Below, one piece after another: positions 12,007 to 25,329 of a DNA stretch of 64,000 bases (its first letter is position 1; every line of letters begins with the position of its first letter). The notes beneath the pieces are model-generated. The model was not told the origin of the DNA. It was given only the letters and a program-made list of their open reading frames with translations, and searched no databases. The DNA comes from Octopus bimaculoides (taxonomy: Eukaryota), in contig NC_068981.1 in NCBI RefSeq assembly GCF_001194135.2, positions 96,551,214 to 96,615,213 on the forward strand. The letters are read 5' to 3'. The translations under genes and the position numbers were made by a program.

Positions 12007-14978
12007 TAGTAGAGGATTTTCCACTACTGTTGATAGTAGCAGTACACAATAACAATATTGCTTATTTGTTTTTTGCCTTTACTAATTCCTGATATATAAT
12101 GGATTACATTTTGAACAGCGGCTCAAGATAAACTAAGAAAATATGTCATTGAGGTAACAAATGCGATATGCACATACAAATCTATCTGCGCAATAGTTAA
12201 TCTGAAAATTTACCATAGTATTTTGAGGGATTTTGGAACATTCATGCCTTTTGCATGGCATTAGCTTCCTAAGTGAAATATGGTCCCAACTGGGAACAGA
12301 AACCGCGTCGCTCACACACTGATTTAAATACTACCACAAAGCAACAAATTGGGTTGCATCGACTTACGTAAATATCTGACACAGGTTCAAGAAACTGAGC
12401 AGGAATGATAAAAAATGACATCGGGTGGATATGATCCAAAAGTCGCCGGGTCAAAAAAAAAAAAGTATCTGGAATATACCAGATCGATTCAACTGGCTAC
12501 GTATGTGGCCGTGTTAAAAAAAAACAATTAATAAACAATGTATGAACGCATTAATGGAGATGGAATAAGCTATAATCGATACAACGTGCCGCCACATCAG
12601 ACAAGAAAGGCAATCATTATTTACTACTAAGCTTCAGATGTCAACATAGGTTGCAGAGGTGCAATAGAAAAAAAAAGCTATTTTCATTAAACAAGTCAAC
12701 TTTGCCTTTCATGTTTCTAAGATCGACAAAATAAAGTACCAATCGAATACTGATCGATATAATTAAGTATACCTCGCCTCCAAAATTGAGGCCTTGTGCC
12801 TATTGCTAGAAATCAATATTTTCATCGGTAATTATGAAAATTAATTTAGGGCGTGTCTCAGCCTTTCACGAGTTTGTCGGTAAGCAAACGAAAGAAATTT
12901 CTTTATTGTCGCTGGAAATGCTAGAAATAACAGCCAAAATAAGATAATGTCTCAAAAACACGAAAAAATGGAACGGTCATGACTGGTACTTTTGATCATA
13001 GGTTAGCTCAAGCAACACTGTCGAAATGTTAGCAAATAAATCGCTAAGTAAAAAGGTCAAGCTGAAATAGGAAACACTAATGGAAGTCGTGTTCACAGCT
13101 AAGATCTAGTCTCTAAGATTTGCTAGAATTAACCAAATCTTCAAATTATTCTGTGACTATAAAAAGAAAGAAAAACATTAAAAAGTAACCTTACAAAACA
13201 ACCAACACATGAAAACTAGATTGAATGGTCGCGACTTAAATGCTCGTTGAACGACAAATATCTGGAGAGAAGAAAAAAAACGTATAAACATCAAGCTAGG
13301 AAAAAATGTCAAAAAGAAGGAGCATCCAAGCACAGAATTCGCAAACAAACAGAACAAGCCTCCTCATTATAGTCCACAAATCTGTTTTGATGCACGTCAC
13401 TAGAGTCGAAGAACAGGCAGCAACTGTAAATATCAGAACCTACATATTTATACGATGGACAGTGGAGGGAGTGCGAACTGCAGTCAAAACTATAGGAAAA
13501 CGATGATCTAATACGGCGCAACAGATCGAGTGGAAAGCCCGTAATCATTCGACAAACGATCCAATGCGTAGTTGCTTGACCTACTATAAATAGTAACCAA
13601 ATCAGAGCCTACTGTTTTAATAACAAAAAAACAAAAAAAATATTGGTCTTAGATACAGTGAATACGAGGGAAAAATAGGTTGATCGTGATACAGTGGACA
13701 CCAAAAATGTGTTGGTCACACCTTTCATCAAAAGCCTGCTCGATAGGAACTAACCCGTGGCTAAAACACAACAGTCGGCATACGTGTCACAGGTCAGTTA
13801 GACGATGGCTGACCGCACTACACAATGATAGATCCCCTACATAGTAATTGAAACTGCTAGAAACAGAAGCCAAACCGCCCTCAAGTGAGATCCTACTATC
13901 TTAAAATGGAACGCTGGATAATGTAGTCGTGGTTATATGCTTGTATAAAGGTGGGGATGACCATGGTTGGAATGTTTTTGATGATAGGTTTGCAAAATCA
14001 GGAGTGACTTGGGGACTAATCAACAACTAGAGCATTCCATTTAACGAACTACTGTTACTATAAGTTCACTACTTCTGCGTGTTCTAGTCGATAGTTTGAC
14101 TGAAGCGACTACGTTTGACCTAAAACACAAAACAGGATGAACTAGTCACTCTCCGCATGTACCAACATGTGACGAAATTTTCACTTCAATTGTTTCTCAC
14201 TTCACCAATTTATAAATACTAAATACTATTTTCCCTTCACCTCGCCTTCCTATGACTACAACCCTTACTTGTCACCACCCTATCTTCCACAGGCTGCAAC
14301 AAGTAAACTGACAAACACATGTTTACATTTCAACAAGCATGCCAAACCCATTTTTCACTCTTCAAACTCAGCGTGACATAATACGGTCTCTTTGGCATAT
14401 ATATCAGGCGTTGAGGACGCGAGTTTGCGTCTAGGGAGAGGAATACAGAGAGAAATGGGGAGTGGGGTCTAAATAGCGTGTGAATTGAAAAAGTGTATGT
14501 ATGTATGTGTATGAGTGTAGGCCTACTTGCACATGTGTGGCCCCGCGTGAGTTTGTTTCCTCATAACTTATTTCTAAATGAAATTTTCTATACTTTGCTG
14601 ATGTTGTATATTACGATTATATCGGAATTTTAAAATATTCATTTTTCTGAAAGTTACGAGGAAACAAAGTCGATAGAGGAGCACACTAGTGTAGGCTTAT
14701 TTCCCCCACCTTTCTCTCATATATATTTATACACACACACACACACATATCTGCCTTTCGTAAATATTACGGACTGTATATTTAATATAATGTACATGTC
14801 TGAATAGCCCAAGAGCGGATTTCTTTGCTCAGCTGGGTCTAATTGTCTACATACACTGCATGAATATCATTCGGCCGGTACGTGTGTACCAAGTTTGATA
14901 TTTACATAATATTGTTGTGTATATATTGTTCCGACCTAATGAGGTGCCTCAATTTAAGTACCTAATTCAACTGAATCT

Positions 14979-15010
<32 letters not shown>

Positions 15011-15984
15011 NNNNNNNNNNNNNNNNNNNNNNNNNNNNNNNNNNNNNNNNNNNNNNNNNNNNNNNNNNNNNNNNNNNNNNNNNNNNNNNNNNNNNNNNNN
15101 NNNNNNNNNNNNNNNNNNNNNNNNNNNNNNNNNNNNNNNNNNNNNNNNNNNNNNNNNNNNNNNNNNNNNNNNNNNNNNNNNNNNNNNNNNNNNNNNNNNN
15201 NNNNNNNNNNNNNNNNNNNNNNNNNATCTTAAAAAATAGAGCTCAAAATCGATGCATTGAAGATACTTTATTGCAGCAACAATTATAATAGCAGAAACAA
15301 CAACAATAAGCCAAACCTATGCACATAGACTTTTTATACGCATATTTTTATATATTGTAATTGTGGGCTCAACGTGCGCGTGTAATGGTATTAATAAAGC
15401 AGGATGTTTATAGAAGAATAAATGTATTACAATAAAATAAAGATACACTAAATTCTTATTTTACCATGTTCTAATTGTTTATAAAAGCGAAAACCCCAAT
15501 CCACGCGTGTGATAAAGTTTAAAATAAACTACACTCTGAATTGTTACTGCTGTAATTAATGTGGGACTAATAAGTTGTATGGGGAAACAGATGTAACGTT
15601 ACCATACACGCTGTAGGAATTATGATAAACAGATTTTTAACAGCTCATAGAACGCTTTCATTCCGAAAATATAATTTAAGTTCCATTAGATTTCTCCTTT
15701 ACAAGCACATAAATATTATTTGCTCTCTCTCTCTCTCTCTCCCATACGATCGCTAAATATGACATCGTCAGTCGAACCAGATAATACAGTGCCTGTCATT
15801 AGCGTAGGCAATATGTGTTTTTTGTGAGGTCCGGGGATGGAAAACGGAAGGGCCGCCCCGGGTGGCACACACTCTAGCTACACTAGTGGTATCGGTACTT
15901 ATTGTTGTTGATGTTAGGCCACAGGTATGCCCAAATCGAGTAGACATATTAGTGGTATCACCATTTTATTAAGACATTCTAGAG

Positions 15985-16110
15985 TTGGTAAGTTGGCAGA
16001 ATCGTCAGAACATCGGGAAAATGCCCTGCGGCATTTCTTCCATCTCTTTATGTTCTGATTTCGAATCCCACCGAGCTGAACTTTGCCTTTCATCTCATCG
16101 TGATCGATAC
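15985..16110 (-). repeat. Second SINE-like family fragment (ggatgaaaggcaaagtcgacc...ttgaactcagaacgtaaag type)
   Basis: Related fragments at 12690-12810, 16940-17035 and 29260-29410. Confidence 0.55.
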
Positions 16111-16225
16111 ACTAAACGAAGTTGCTGGTCCTATCAGACCTGTCATCAGATTTTGGTGCCTGAGAGAATTTCAGAATATTCCGGGTGGGCACTAATTTAT
16201 ATTGCGGGAAGATTTTTGTAAACTA

Positions 16226-16433
16226 CAGGGTGTCCACAAAGTCTGGATACATGGAGTAAATAAAAACATAAGCAATTAAATATAAGAAATAACAATTTCT
16301 TAACGTATGTGTTAATCCCCATGTGGGTACATGGGAGTAAATAAAATCATAACATAGACAATTAAATATAAGAAATAATAATTTCTTAAAGTACGTGTTA
16401 ATCCCCGTGTACCCAGATTTCGTGGACACCCTG
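16226..16433. mobile_element. Tc1/mariner-type MITE with an internal ~80-bp tandem duplication
   Basis: TA|cagggtgtccacaaagtctggatacat ... gtgtacccagatttcgtggacaccctg|TA. The interior is two diverged copies of the same ~80-bp unit. Confidence 0.85.
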
Positions 16434-18084
16434 TATATTTTCTAAATCTGAAGGTGTACCACTGAATAGTGAAGGTGCAGTGCTGTCCAGTGTCCCCTTA
16501 CCAATGGGCATTGATCCTGTGCCTAAATTATAAATCATCATTTAGACGTGCCCTACTTGTTAAATTACCGTGAAACTATTACACAAATACGTGAACCCTA
16601 ATGCAATTCTGGAACCGATGTTACTTGATATAATGTAACAAAGCTGGCCCTTTAAATTACAACAAACAAAATCCATCCGCCGAGCTTCCAGTTTCCGCCT
16701 ACCCTAATTATACAAGATGTACCAAGAAGTACAATATGCATTGCGTCCATAACTTCGGGAACAGTAGGTGTAGGAGGTGCACTTGCACTTCCTAAAACTT
16801 TTGCGGGGCAATGAAACGTTTGAGCATCCTCTTTAAAAACTTCATCACCAAAACGAACGAGTATAGAAATATTTTTGGACTGATTTGAAATATTACTTTT
16901 CCATTATTGGATTTATCTGATTTGATTGATGTACAAATATAATAATCCTTCCTACTATAGGCACAAAGCCCGAAATCAGCGGGTAGGGGACAAATCGATT
17001 ACATCGACCCAGAAGGATGAAAGGCAAAGTCGACCTGTGTTTTGATATTAAGATTGAAAACAAATCGACCTTATTCGTAAAAAATTTTGGAGTAGGGTTT
17101 GCAGCCCCTAAGCAAATTTTGTTGCTGCACCTATGATAAGTCAGTTTTAAGATGGAGGGTATGATATAAAAGAGAATTAGCTGCTATTTCTAACAGATCG
17201 AATAACTATTTAGTCTTATAGGATGTAGTAAAATTTGTGTTAAAGAAATGTGAAGCAATAATATTGTCTTAAGATTTGTAAAAACGATACATGCCCTCCT
17301 GCTAGTAACACCATACATATGACCTTTGCCGTGAGTTATATACATAAATGGATTCAGAATGAGGTTGATATAAAACATCTAAGACGATATAAGGGTTGTT
17401 GGGGGAATGAAATAGAAAGTACGTAAACGATCAATATATAATTAAGCTGGGGTTATAACCGTGGGTGTATGTGTATGCATGCTCCAGTTAGGTACCAAGT
17501 AGGCTCAAATGAAGCAAACCTCTGATCAAAGTCATTTCACACATCATTATTTTTGCTTCAGACAGTCAATATGGTAGAGTGTATTTGAGGGAGATTTAGT
17601 TATTATTTCTAACAGGTCGAGCGGACACGTACAGTCACCTTCGCTGACTCGCTTTCTAAGCATTTAAATGTTAATGTGGACGTTTGAATAAATAGAATAA
17701 ATGTCAACAAACAAAGACACACGTTTATATCCAATATATATATATATATANNNNNNNNNNGATTCTGCGGTACACGTGTTTCAAGCTTTATAGTTGTTAC
17801 ATACATACATACGTACACAAACACACACACACAGTGCGATGGGTAAATTGTCGCCAATTTATATTTCCAATATCACACATGCGCATTGTTTGTTTTTTAT
17901 TTTATCGACTACACAGTACGGTAGGGTCATTGGGTACCGCCTGTGAGAAAAAAAAGTACCATGACACAATTCACTCTGCCAGTTTGTTGGAAACGACATA
18001 CTGTACAGCTTGGCATTCATGCTGGAAGCTCCAATATGAACATTTCAGAGTGTTTGGCTGTCAATGTGAGGACATGTACCAAGA

Positions 18085-18198
18085 GTGATAAAAATCAAAC
18101 ATCCAGTCAACATCATGGTGTTTGGAGTGATCATTAGTTATGCCTCAATTCATCTTCCCACACAGCCTCAGACTCAACACAGAGGCCTATATCAACTA
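18085..18198 (+). mobile_element. Tc1/mariner transposase fragment
   Basis: KIKHPVNIMVFGVI resembles the K-HP-SVMVFGVI motif; cut off by the adjacent RTE. Confidence 0.5.
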
Positions 18199-19641
18199 CT
18201 TCTAGTTTTTCTCCCTGGAGTGTGGCAAAGGTTGTTTTCTGCACATTTTCAATGTTTATTGCTCCTGAGCATCTGCCATATACAAAAACTAATTTCCTAG
18301 TTGACCTTCCTTTGATATTGCTGCACCTCTTATGTGTCCATAGCTTACACAGGGTACATCTTATGGAGTTTCTACCTACGCCTTTTCTACAGATCGAGCA
18401 GGGCCATCTACCTGAAGGGGTTTGTGTTTTGTCTACTTTCCTACTTATTAGAACTTTGGTTTTAGCTAGGTTGACTCTAAGGCCCTTCGATTCTAGTCCT
18501 TGCTTCCACATCTGAANNNNNNNNNNNNNNNNNNNNNNNNNNNNNNNNNNNNNNNNNNNNNNNNNNNNNNNNNNNNNNNNNNNNNNNNNNNNNNNACCCG
18601 GAATTCTTCACTGTACTCATTGCCAACCCTCACCTTACTGATAGCGTCCTTGTACATGGCTTGCACAGCTCTCACTAACCACTCATCTACCCCTAGTTTC
18701 CTCATTGACCACCAGATAAGGAATCAGGGGACCCTGTCAAAGGCTTTCTCCGTGTCAACGAAAGCCAGGTACAGAGGTTTATCTTTGGCTAGGTATTTCT
18801 CCTGCAGCTGTCTTACCAGAAATATAGCATCAGTGGTGCTTTTCTCTAGAATGAACCCAAACTGCATCTCATCTAAACTGACTCTCTCCCTAATTAGTTG
18901 GGCTATGACCCTCTCAGTGACTTTCATTACCTGGTCCAACAACTTGATACCTCTGTAATTATTTGTGTCTAAACCATTACCTTTACCTTTGTAGCAGTTG
19001 ACTATGGTGCTGCTACACTAGTCATTGGGTATGACTCCTTCATGTATCACCTGGTTAACTATACGGGTGACTAGGCTATAGCCGACACTGCCAGATATTT
19101 TGAGCATCTCTGCAGTGATTCTCGATGGGCCGGGGGCTTTCCCTGTCTTCATACTCTTGATCGCTTTATCTACCAAGGTACTGTCAATTAGGATAGCTGG
19201 TCCCTCTGTTGGGCTGACATGCAGCAGTCTCTCTTTCTCCCATTCATTCTATTTATTAAGCAACCTTTCATAGTGGTGTCTCCAAACCTCTCTCTTTGCA
19301 GCCTCGTTTAGTGCAGTGAGCCATCATCCATGCGGATACATTTCTCTCCTATGACATCACGATTCTCTCTCACACACTGTCTTGCAACACAAAATACTTC
19401 AAGTCTTTGATTCTCACGGCGCAGAACATTGGCAAATTTTTTCTGATCTGCTTCTCCTCTGGCTAAGTAAACCTGTCTCCTAGCTTCCCTTCTGGCAGTC
19501 TGATATAATTCCCTGCTACCTCTGTTCTTCCAGCCCTTCCAAGCCTGTTTCTTTTGTCTAATAGCCCTGTCAACTACATTGTTCCACCACCACATTACTT
19601 TGGGTTGAGAGGGGACTTTGCACCAACCACAGATCTGGTCG

Positions 19642-19645
<4 letters not shown>
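18199..19645 (-). mobile_element. RTE-clade LINE fragment (family 2)
   Basis: ORFs 19308..19730, 18724..18942 (QFGF...STTDAIFLVRQLQEKYLAK...LAFVDTEKAFDRVP), 18493..18705 and 18134..18511 (LRVNLAKTK, WPCSICRKGVGRNSIRC, WTHKRCS). Contains an N gap. Confidence 0.93.
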
Positions 19646-19694
<49 letters not shown>

Positions 19695-20755
19695 GTCATC
19701 CCATAAATAAGGCAGTTTTTTCAATTGCATGAACTAAAAGTAGGAAAGGAACAGGATATACTAGCTGCATCAATTTGCTATAAAAGGAGGTAGTAATTTC
19801 CCCATGTCCTTATTCTTAGTGGAAGTTTTGAAGAGTGCAGTTTGATTTTAACTTATTTTTACAAAGCCATTTTGTAAGTAACAAAGAAGCATATTCAGCA
19901 TATTTTGCTTTATGAGTTCAATAAAGGCAACAACGCAATGGAAAGTGCGAAGAATATTAATGCAGTATACAGGAATCAGACAATAAGCTTATGCCAATGT
20001 CAACAGTGGTTCCAGAAACTCTGAGCCAGAAACCACAGCCTAGAAGATGAGCCTTGTCCTGGAAGATCTTTAGAGCTCAACAAGGATGTCCTGCAAACTC
20101 TGGTGTAACAAAATCCCATTGTAACTTTTGAGAAACTAGCAGAGAAGCTTGGATTTGGTCATTCAACCATTCATCGACACCTGTGTCCCATCAGAGAAGT
20201 CATCAAATAGAGTCAATGGGGTCCTCACAAATTTTCTGAGTCTAATTACGTGCAGAGAGTGAATGTGTGCTCCTTGCTGCTGTCACATCTCACGAATGAA
20301 CCTGTTTTGAACCGAATAGTAACTGGTGATGAGAAATGGGTTCTCTATAAAAATGTCAAGCACCGAAGAGAGTGAGTAGGGAAAGGAGAAACACAAGCAC
20401 TCCAGGTTAAAGAAGGTCATTACCTATGTAAGATGTTGTTACCTGTTTGGTGGGATATGAAAGGTTTAGTCCACTTTGAACTTTTAAGCCTAAACCAAAC
20501 AATAATAAAAGAGATCTACTGCAAGCAGCTTAAGTCAGTGTTAGAAGAAAAATGACCATCTTTGGTTTTAAGACAAAAGGTGTTCTTCCATCAGGATAAT
20601 GCATGGCCACATACAGCGAGGATGACATTCCAAAGGCTAGAGCAGTTTAAATTGGAAACGATGCTCCACCCACCTGATTATCATCTATTCTGCAGTCTTC
20701 AAAATCATTTGGACAGAAAAAATATGAATTCTGTAGATGAGGTCAGAACAGTACT

Positions 20756-21962
20756 ATTCTCTTTATCATTGGCATAAAGCCATGTTATACAGAGTGTACA
20801 GTGGCACAATACAAAAGACGCACATGGGGAATATAAAATGAAAATGAATGATTTATGAATTATTAATTAATGGTGATGAAATGGCTTCCCACCCACCAAA
20901 GCGGAAAGTTCCATTTTACTGTTCTAACTGTTCAGTATTTATCATGATTTATTACAATTATATTTTACCTTGTTTTAGTCTTCCTCCCAAAAAATCCAAT
21001 TCCGCAAAGTCTATTACAGTTGGCATGTCATGTATTGCACTTTAATTGCCATACATTCAATTTTTTCACCAAATCTTTCCTTCAATTTTGTCGCTTTTCC
21101 ATCGTCCAGCAGTACTGCTATGGTGTTTTCGTCTGACATTCTGACTCTTGCAACACCTTTCATCTTTGTTACCTGTTTTTCTATCTCTCTCTCTCTTTTA
21201 CTTGTTTCAGTCATTTGACTGTGGCCATGCTGGAGCATCGCCTTTAGTCGAGCAAATCGACCCCATGACCTATTCTTTGTAAGCCTGGTACTTATTCTAT
21301 CGATCTCTTTTGCCGAACCGCTAAGTTACAGGGACGTAAACACACCAGCATCGGTTGTCAAGCGATGTTGGAGGAACAAACACAGACACATAAACACACA
21401 CACACACACACACATACATATATATATACATATACATATATACGACGGGCTTCTTTCAGTTTCCATCTACCAAATCCACTCACAAGGCTTCGGTCGGCCT
21501 GAGGCTATAGTAGAAGACACTTGCCCCAGGTGCCATGCAGTGGGACTGAACCCGGAACCATGTGGTTGGTAAGCAAGCTACTTACCACACAGCCACTTCT
21601 ACACCTAAAACGATATGCATTTTTTTAATACAACTATTCTTTTTTCATATTTTCCTGTTGGTATCTTCCCTGACTCTGTTCTTCTTTCCGGTCGTTCTTG
21701 CTGTTTCTCCTCATTTTTGCTTGTGGAAGGTTCTGGTTCTGGTTCTAGCGCTTGACGTGGTGTTGCTTCATTCTCTCTCTTTTCCTTTGCTGCTTTTCTT
21801 TTCTTTTTGGGTGGTGACTCACCCTTTCCTTCACTCTCAGTTTCAGCTACTGCTATTTCCTTTTCCACTACTGTACTTTTCTCCTCCTCCTGACACTCCT
21901 CTGTCACTTGTTCTTGTCTCTGGGGGCACTTTGCTCTTATGTGCCACCTTATACTGCAACCA
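20756..21962 (-). mobile_element. ORF1-only retroelement, copy B (5'-truncated, 16-bp TSD)
   Basis: Flanked by aggtcagaacagtact at 20740-20755 and 21963-21978. Starts inside a zinc knuckle (GCSIRWHIRAKCPQRQE), continues through charged linker ORF 21605..21907 and C-terminal segment 21014..21238. The frameshifted end stops at 20958, followed by a ~200-nt 3' UTR. Confidence 0.85.
21183..21606 (-). mobile_element. OK/OR-type SINE, full length, nested in copy B
   Basis: Minus strand aggtgtagaagtggctgtgtggtaagtagcttgcttaccaaccacatggttccgggttcagtccc ... gactgaaacaagtaaaaagagag; splits the host ORF. Confidence 0.92.
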
Positions 21963-22408
21963 AGGTCAGAACAGTACTGGCGGAGTATTTTTCATCATGG
22001 ACAAGTGAATTGTGGAAGAGGGGCCTTGCAAGTCTACCAGATAGATGGAAGAGCATTGTAGAAAATGAAGGAAAGTATATTTTAGATTGAAAAAGAACTT
22101 TGTTTATCTTAATTTTGAAAAATAAAAAGTATTTAAAAAAATGCATTATTTATGGGATGACCCTATATATAAATAAATAAATATATATATATATATAGAA
22201 AGAGAGAGTATATATTATACTCTTTCTCTACATATATATATATAATAAAAGACACAGTTAGTGGTACACACATTATTCAGTTGAAATTCTGTGTGTCATT
22301 GGTATGGTGTAACTTCTGAACACTTTTTCTTCTGTGTAATAGATAAAGTTCTTCATAACTTGCTACCAGCAGAGCTATCATCACATAGCTTCAAATACTA
22401 AAGGGTTA

Positions 22409-22954
22409 CCCTTTAGTGTTTTAACCAGGTGTATCCAGCCATAATATTCAACCCATTTTATGTTAAAATCTGCCAGATCCAGCCTCTCACACCTGCCCTC
22501 TCTACAATGTTATTCTAAGAGTAAACAATCACATCACTGAAATCTTGACGCTACAAGATAGTAAAAAAGGGTAAAGACCTTTAGTCATGAATGACCATGA
22601 AAAGTTCCCCTCCAAAGCACAAGTCCAAGCAAGGCTGATTATGGAAAACCAACAGTCGCTCATGCATAGCAGCCTCCCTTCTCTGCACCACGTAAGGGAA
22701 AGGCAAAGGCCAATACAGCTTGATACCAGTGACATTGCAACTCATTTCTACAGCTGAGTGAACTGGAACAACAAGAAATAACATGTCTTGCTCATGAAAA
22801 CAACACACAATCCAGTCCAGGAATCAAACTCACTACCTCATGATTGTGAGCCCAATGCTCTAACCACTGAAGCTACAAGATAATATGTGATTAATTCAAA
22901 ACAATATGAATGAATAAGCATTACATTTCACAGAGTAATCTGAATGCTAAAGGG
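22409..22954. mobile_element. piggyBac-type MITE (CCCTTTAG...CTAAAGGG, TTAA site)
   Basis: Termini ccctttag / ctaaaggg|ttaa; same family as 53163-53382; carries a nested SINE. Confidence 0.75.
22561..22871 (-). mobile_element. tRNA-derived SINE (third family) with 11-bp TSD
   Basis: Minus-strand head cttcagtggttagagcattgggctcacaatcatgaggtagtgagtttgattcctgg; flanked by gctacaagata at 22550-22560 and 22872-22882. Confidence 0.8.
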
Positions 22955-24485
22955 TTAAAGTCCCCAAGCAAGAAATGCACTGGTGCCTAGCACTAGGTTC
23001 CTACAGCCTTTGGACAGTATTGACTAGTGGCATTCATTTCATTTCGATAATGTTTACTGCATCCAACCATCTGCTCACAAGCTAATGTGGGAACCTCTAT
23101 GTAGTGATTTGAGATGCTATATGTAGTAGCCAAATCTCCCTCAAACCACATTATACTATTTTATGAGACTGGATAATGAAGTCTGAAGTTCACTGAAAAA
23201 AAAGAATAAGAAAAGAGAGACAGAAAAAAACAGGATGGTCATAGTTCAAATGTTTTTATCATAGGTGTGCTCAATCAGAAGTGAGTAAAGATTAAACAAC
23301 TCTTTGCTTGTTGTTACTCATATTTCAGTCTATTAAGTACCAAAGTCCAACCATTCCATCTCAATTCATTCTCTTTTCAAGCTCTGATATAAATTGTACC
23401 ATTCTTATTCATCCTCTACAATTCAATAATTCAACAGCACCCACCCCACAGCTTTGCCTCATACAACAATAAAATGGACTAGCAAGTTCTGCATGGTGAA
23501 CTGAATCTGAGAACTAAAACCTGATTTGTGACAGCTACTTAATACTTATATTGTAAAATTTTAATATAGGAGGATACACGCAGTACTAACTACTAAGTTA
23601 ATTACTTTCTAAAGCTTGTCAAGTTGGATTATTCAATATGACAAACTAAGACAGAAACAAAAATGAATGCCTTCATTGAGACCATATTATTTATCTATGA
23701 GAAAGTGTTCATAGAGGCCCACAGAAATAATACAAATACACTCAGACATGCCATTAAGGAAGAGACAGTTTATTTTTGTGTTTTTGTCTCTCTTTTTTTT
23801 TATCTGAGGATAAAAGGACAGCGGTGGACATGAGTTTCTGCCTCAATAGGTATCATCAGTACAGCAGTTGTCCTACCAGTAGACATATACAAAAAGAGTA
23901 GAGAACATTTTATGGCCTAGAGCAATTTACATAATTAGAACAAAAATGGGCTAAGAGAAATAACACAGAGTGGCCAATGACATGAATTTGGACAACAAAA
24001 AATGCATGAAAGATATATTAAATACCATGCAAGATACATTTACATTAGCACAAATACTATTTTAAAGATAGAGTATTTGGCATTGACCTTGGGTTTTGAA
24101 TATAGGAATAAATTAGTGTAGATCATTCATTCAGTTACACATACATGCATTCATAAATACATGGTGACTGCTCCATCTTCACAGATGCTTGCTGTCTCCT
24201 TGTTCTTACTCAGTGTCAATTGTCTAAAGTGTCCATTTAAAAAAAACGATAAAAGAAACCGATAAAATAAGTATCAGGCTTTACAAAAAAATAATAAGAC
24301 CTGAAACCGAATCATATGACTAAAATTCTTCAAGGAGGTGCACTGACCAAAAAATATGTATCTGTATATCTGTTAATGGAGTGAATTTATTAATCTAAGT
24401 ATACAGTATTGAAACTCCTTTACAGCCGATCTTACCAATCAGTTGTAATGGATCTATAATACTGCATACTTTGATTTATATGTGC

Positions 24486-24576
<91 letters not shown>

Positions 24577-24698
24577 TACATTAAGAAGTTAGGACGTGAT
24601 TTGAAGGAGATTTAGCTCCTATTTTTCATTTGTATATGTGAGAGAAAAAAAGGGAAGAGGTACTAAAAAAAGACAAAAGAATATGCAAAAAAAACTGT

Positions 24699-24736
<38 letters not shown>

Positions 24737-25329
24737 TTATAAACTCATACAATATCAAATGAAAAGGTCGACATGAATTCTGATAATTGTTTTATCCCAA
24801 GTTAGCCCAAATCGAGTATGCTCATGATGAAATAGGTTTCATCCTTGACCTCCACCCTGTATTTCTGCATATCCAAGATTACATTATCCAATGTGTACAT
24901 TCTTAGAGACGTTGTGACATTATCTGTTAAATTTGACTGCTATTTCTAGCAGGTCGAGCAACGCGTAAAAGTTTCTTTTGTTGGTTCGTTCTATTCCATT
25001 AGCTTACTCATATGCGGAAAGGAAGAATGTGGGAAGAAGCTATTCGAAGCTTTCTCTATATATTTGTCTTTTCCCTTTTCTTTCTCTCTCCCTTTAAAAA
25101 CTTTTAACAAGTAGTGACGCATTCTTTCATTCAAGTTACTGTTGTCAATAGCGACAGTCATCGCTACTGTGGTATGCCTTTAATGTTTGTTAAAGATCTC
25201 CCATACAAATTTCCACCCGAAAATAATTCAATACATGATAAAAAGATTAAAGGCGCCTAGACTGCAATAGGAAAAAAAAAATGAGGAAGACAGAGAAAGA
25301 GAGCTAGTGAAACAAAAAGAATCGTAAAA

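Larger units (their letters stand above)
19691..22165 (+). mobile_element. Mariner (DD34D-type) transposon, decayed, interrupted by a nested insertion
   Basis: TIRs ttgggtcatcccataaataa / ttatttatgggatgaccct with TA flanks. Transposase motifs HILLYEFNKG, IVTGDEKWVLYKN, FHQDNAWPHTA, DYHLF. The C-terminus resumes at 21979 (EYFSSWTSELWKRGLASLPDRWKSIVENEGKYILD). Confidence 0.93.
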
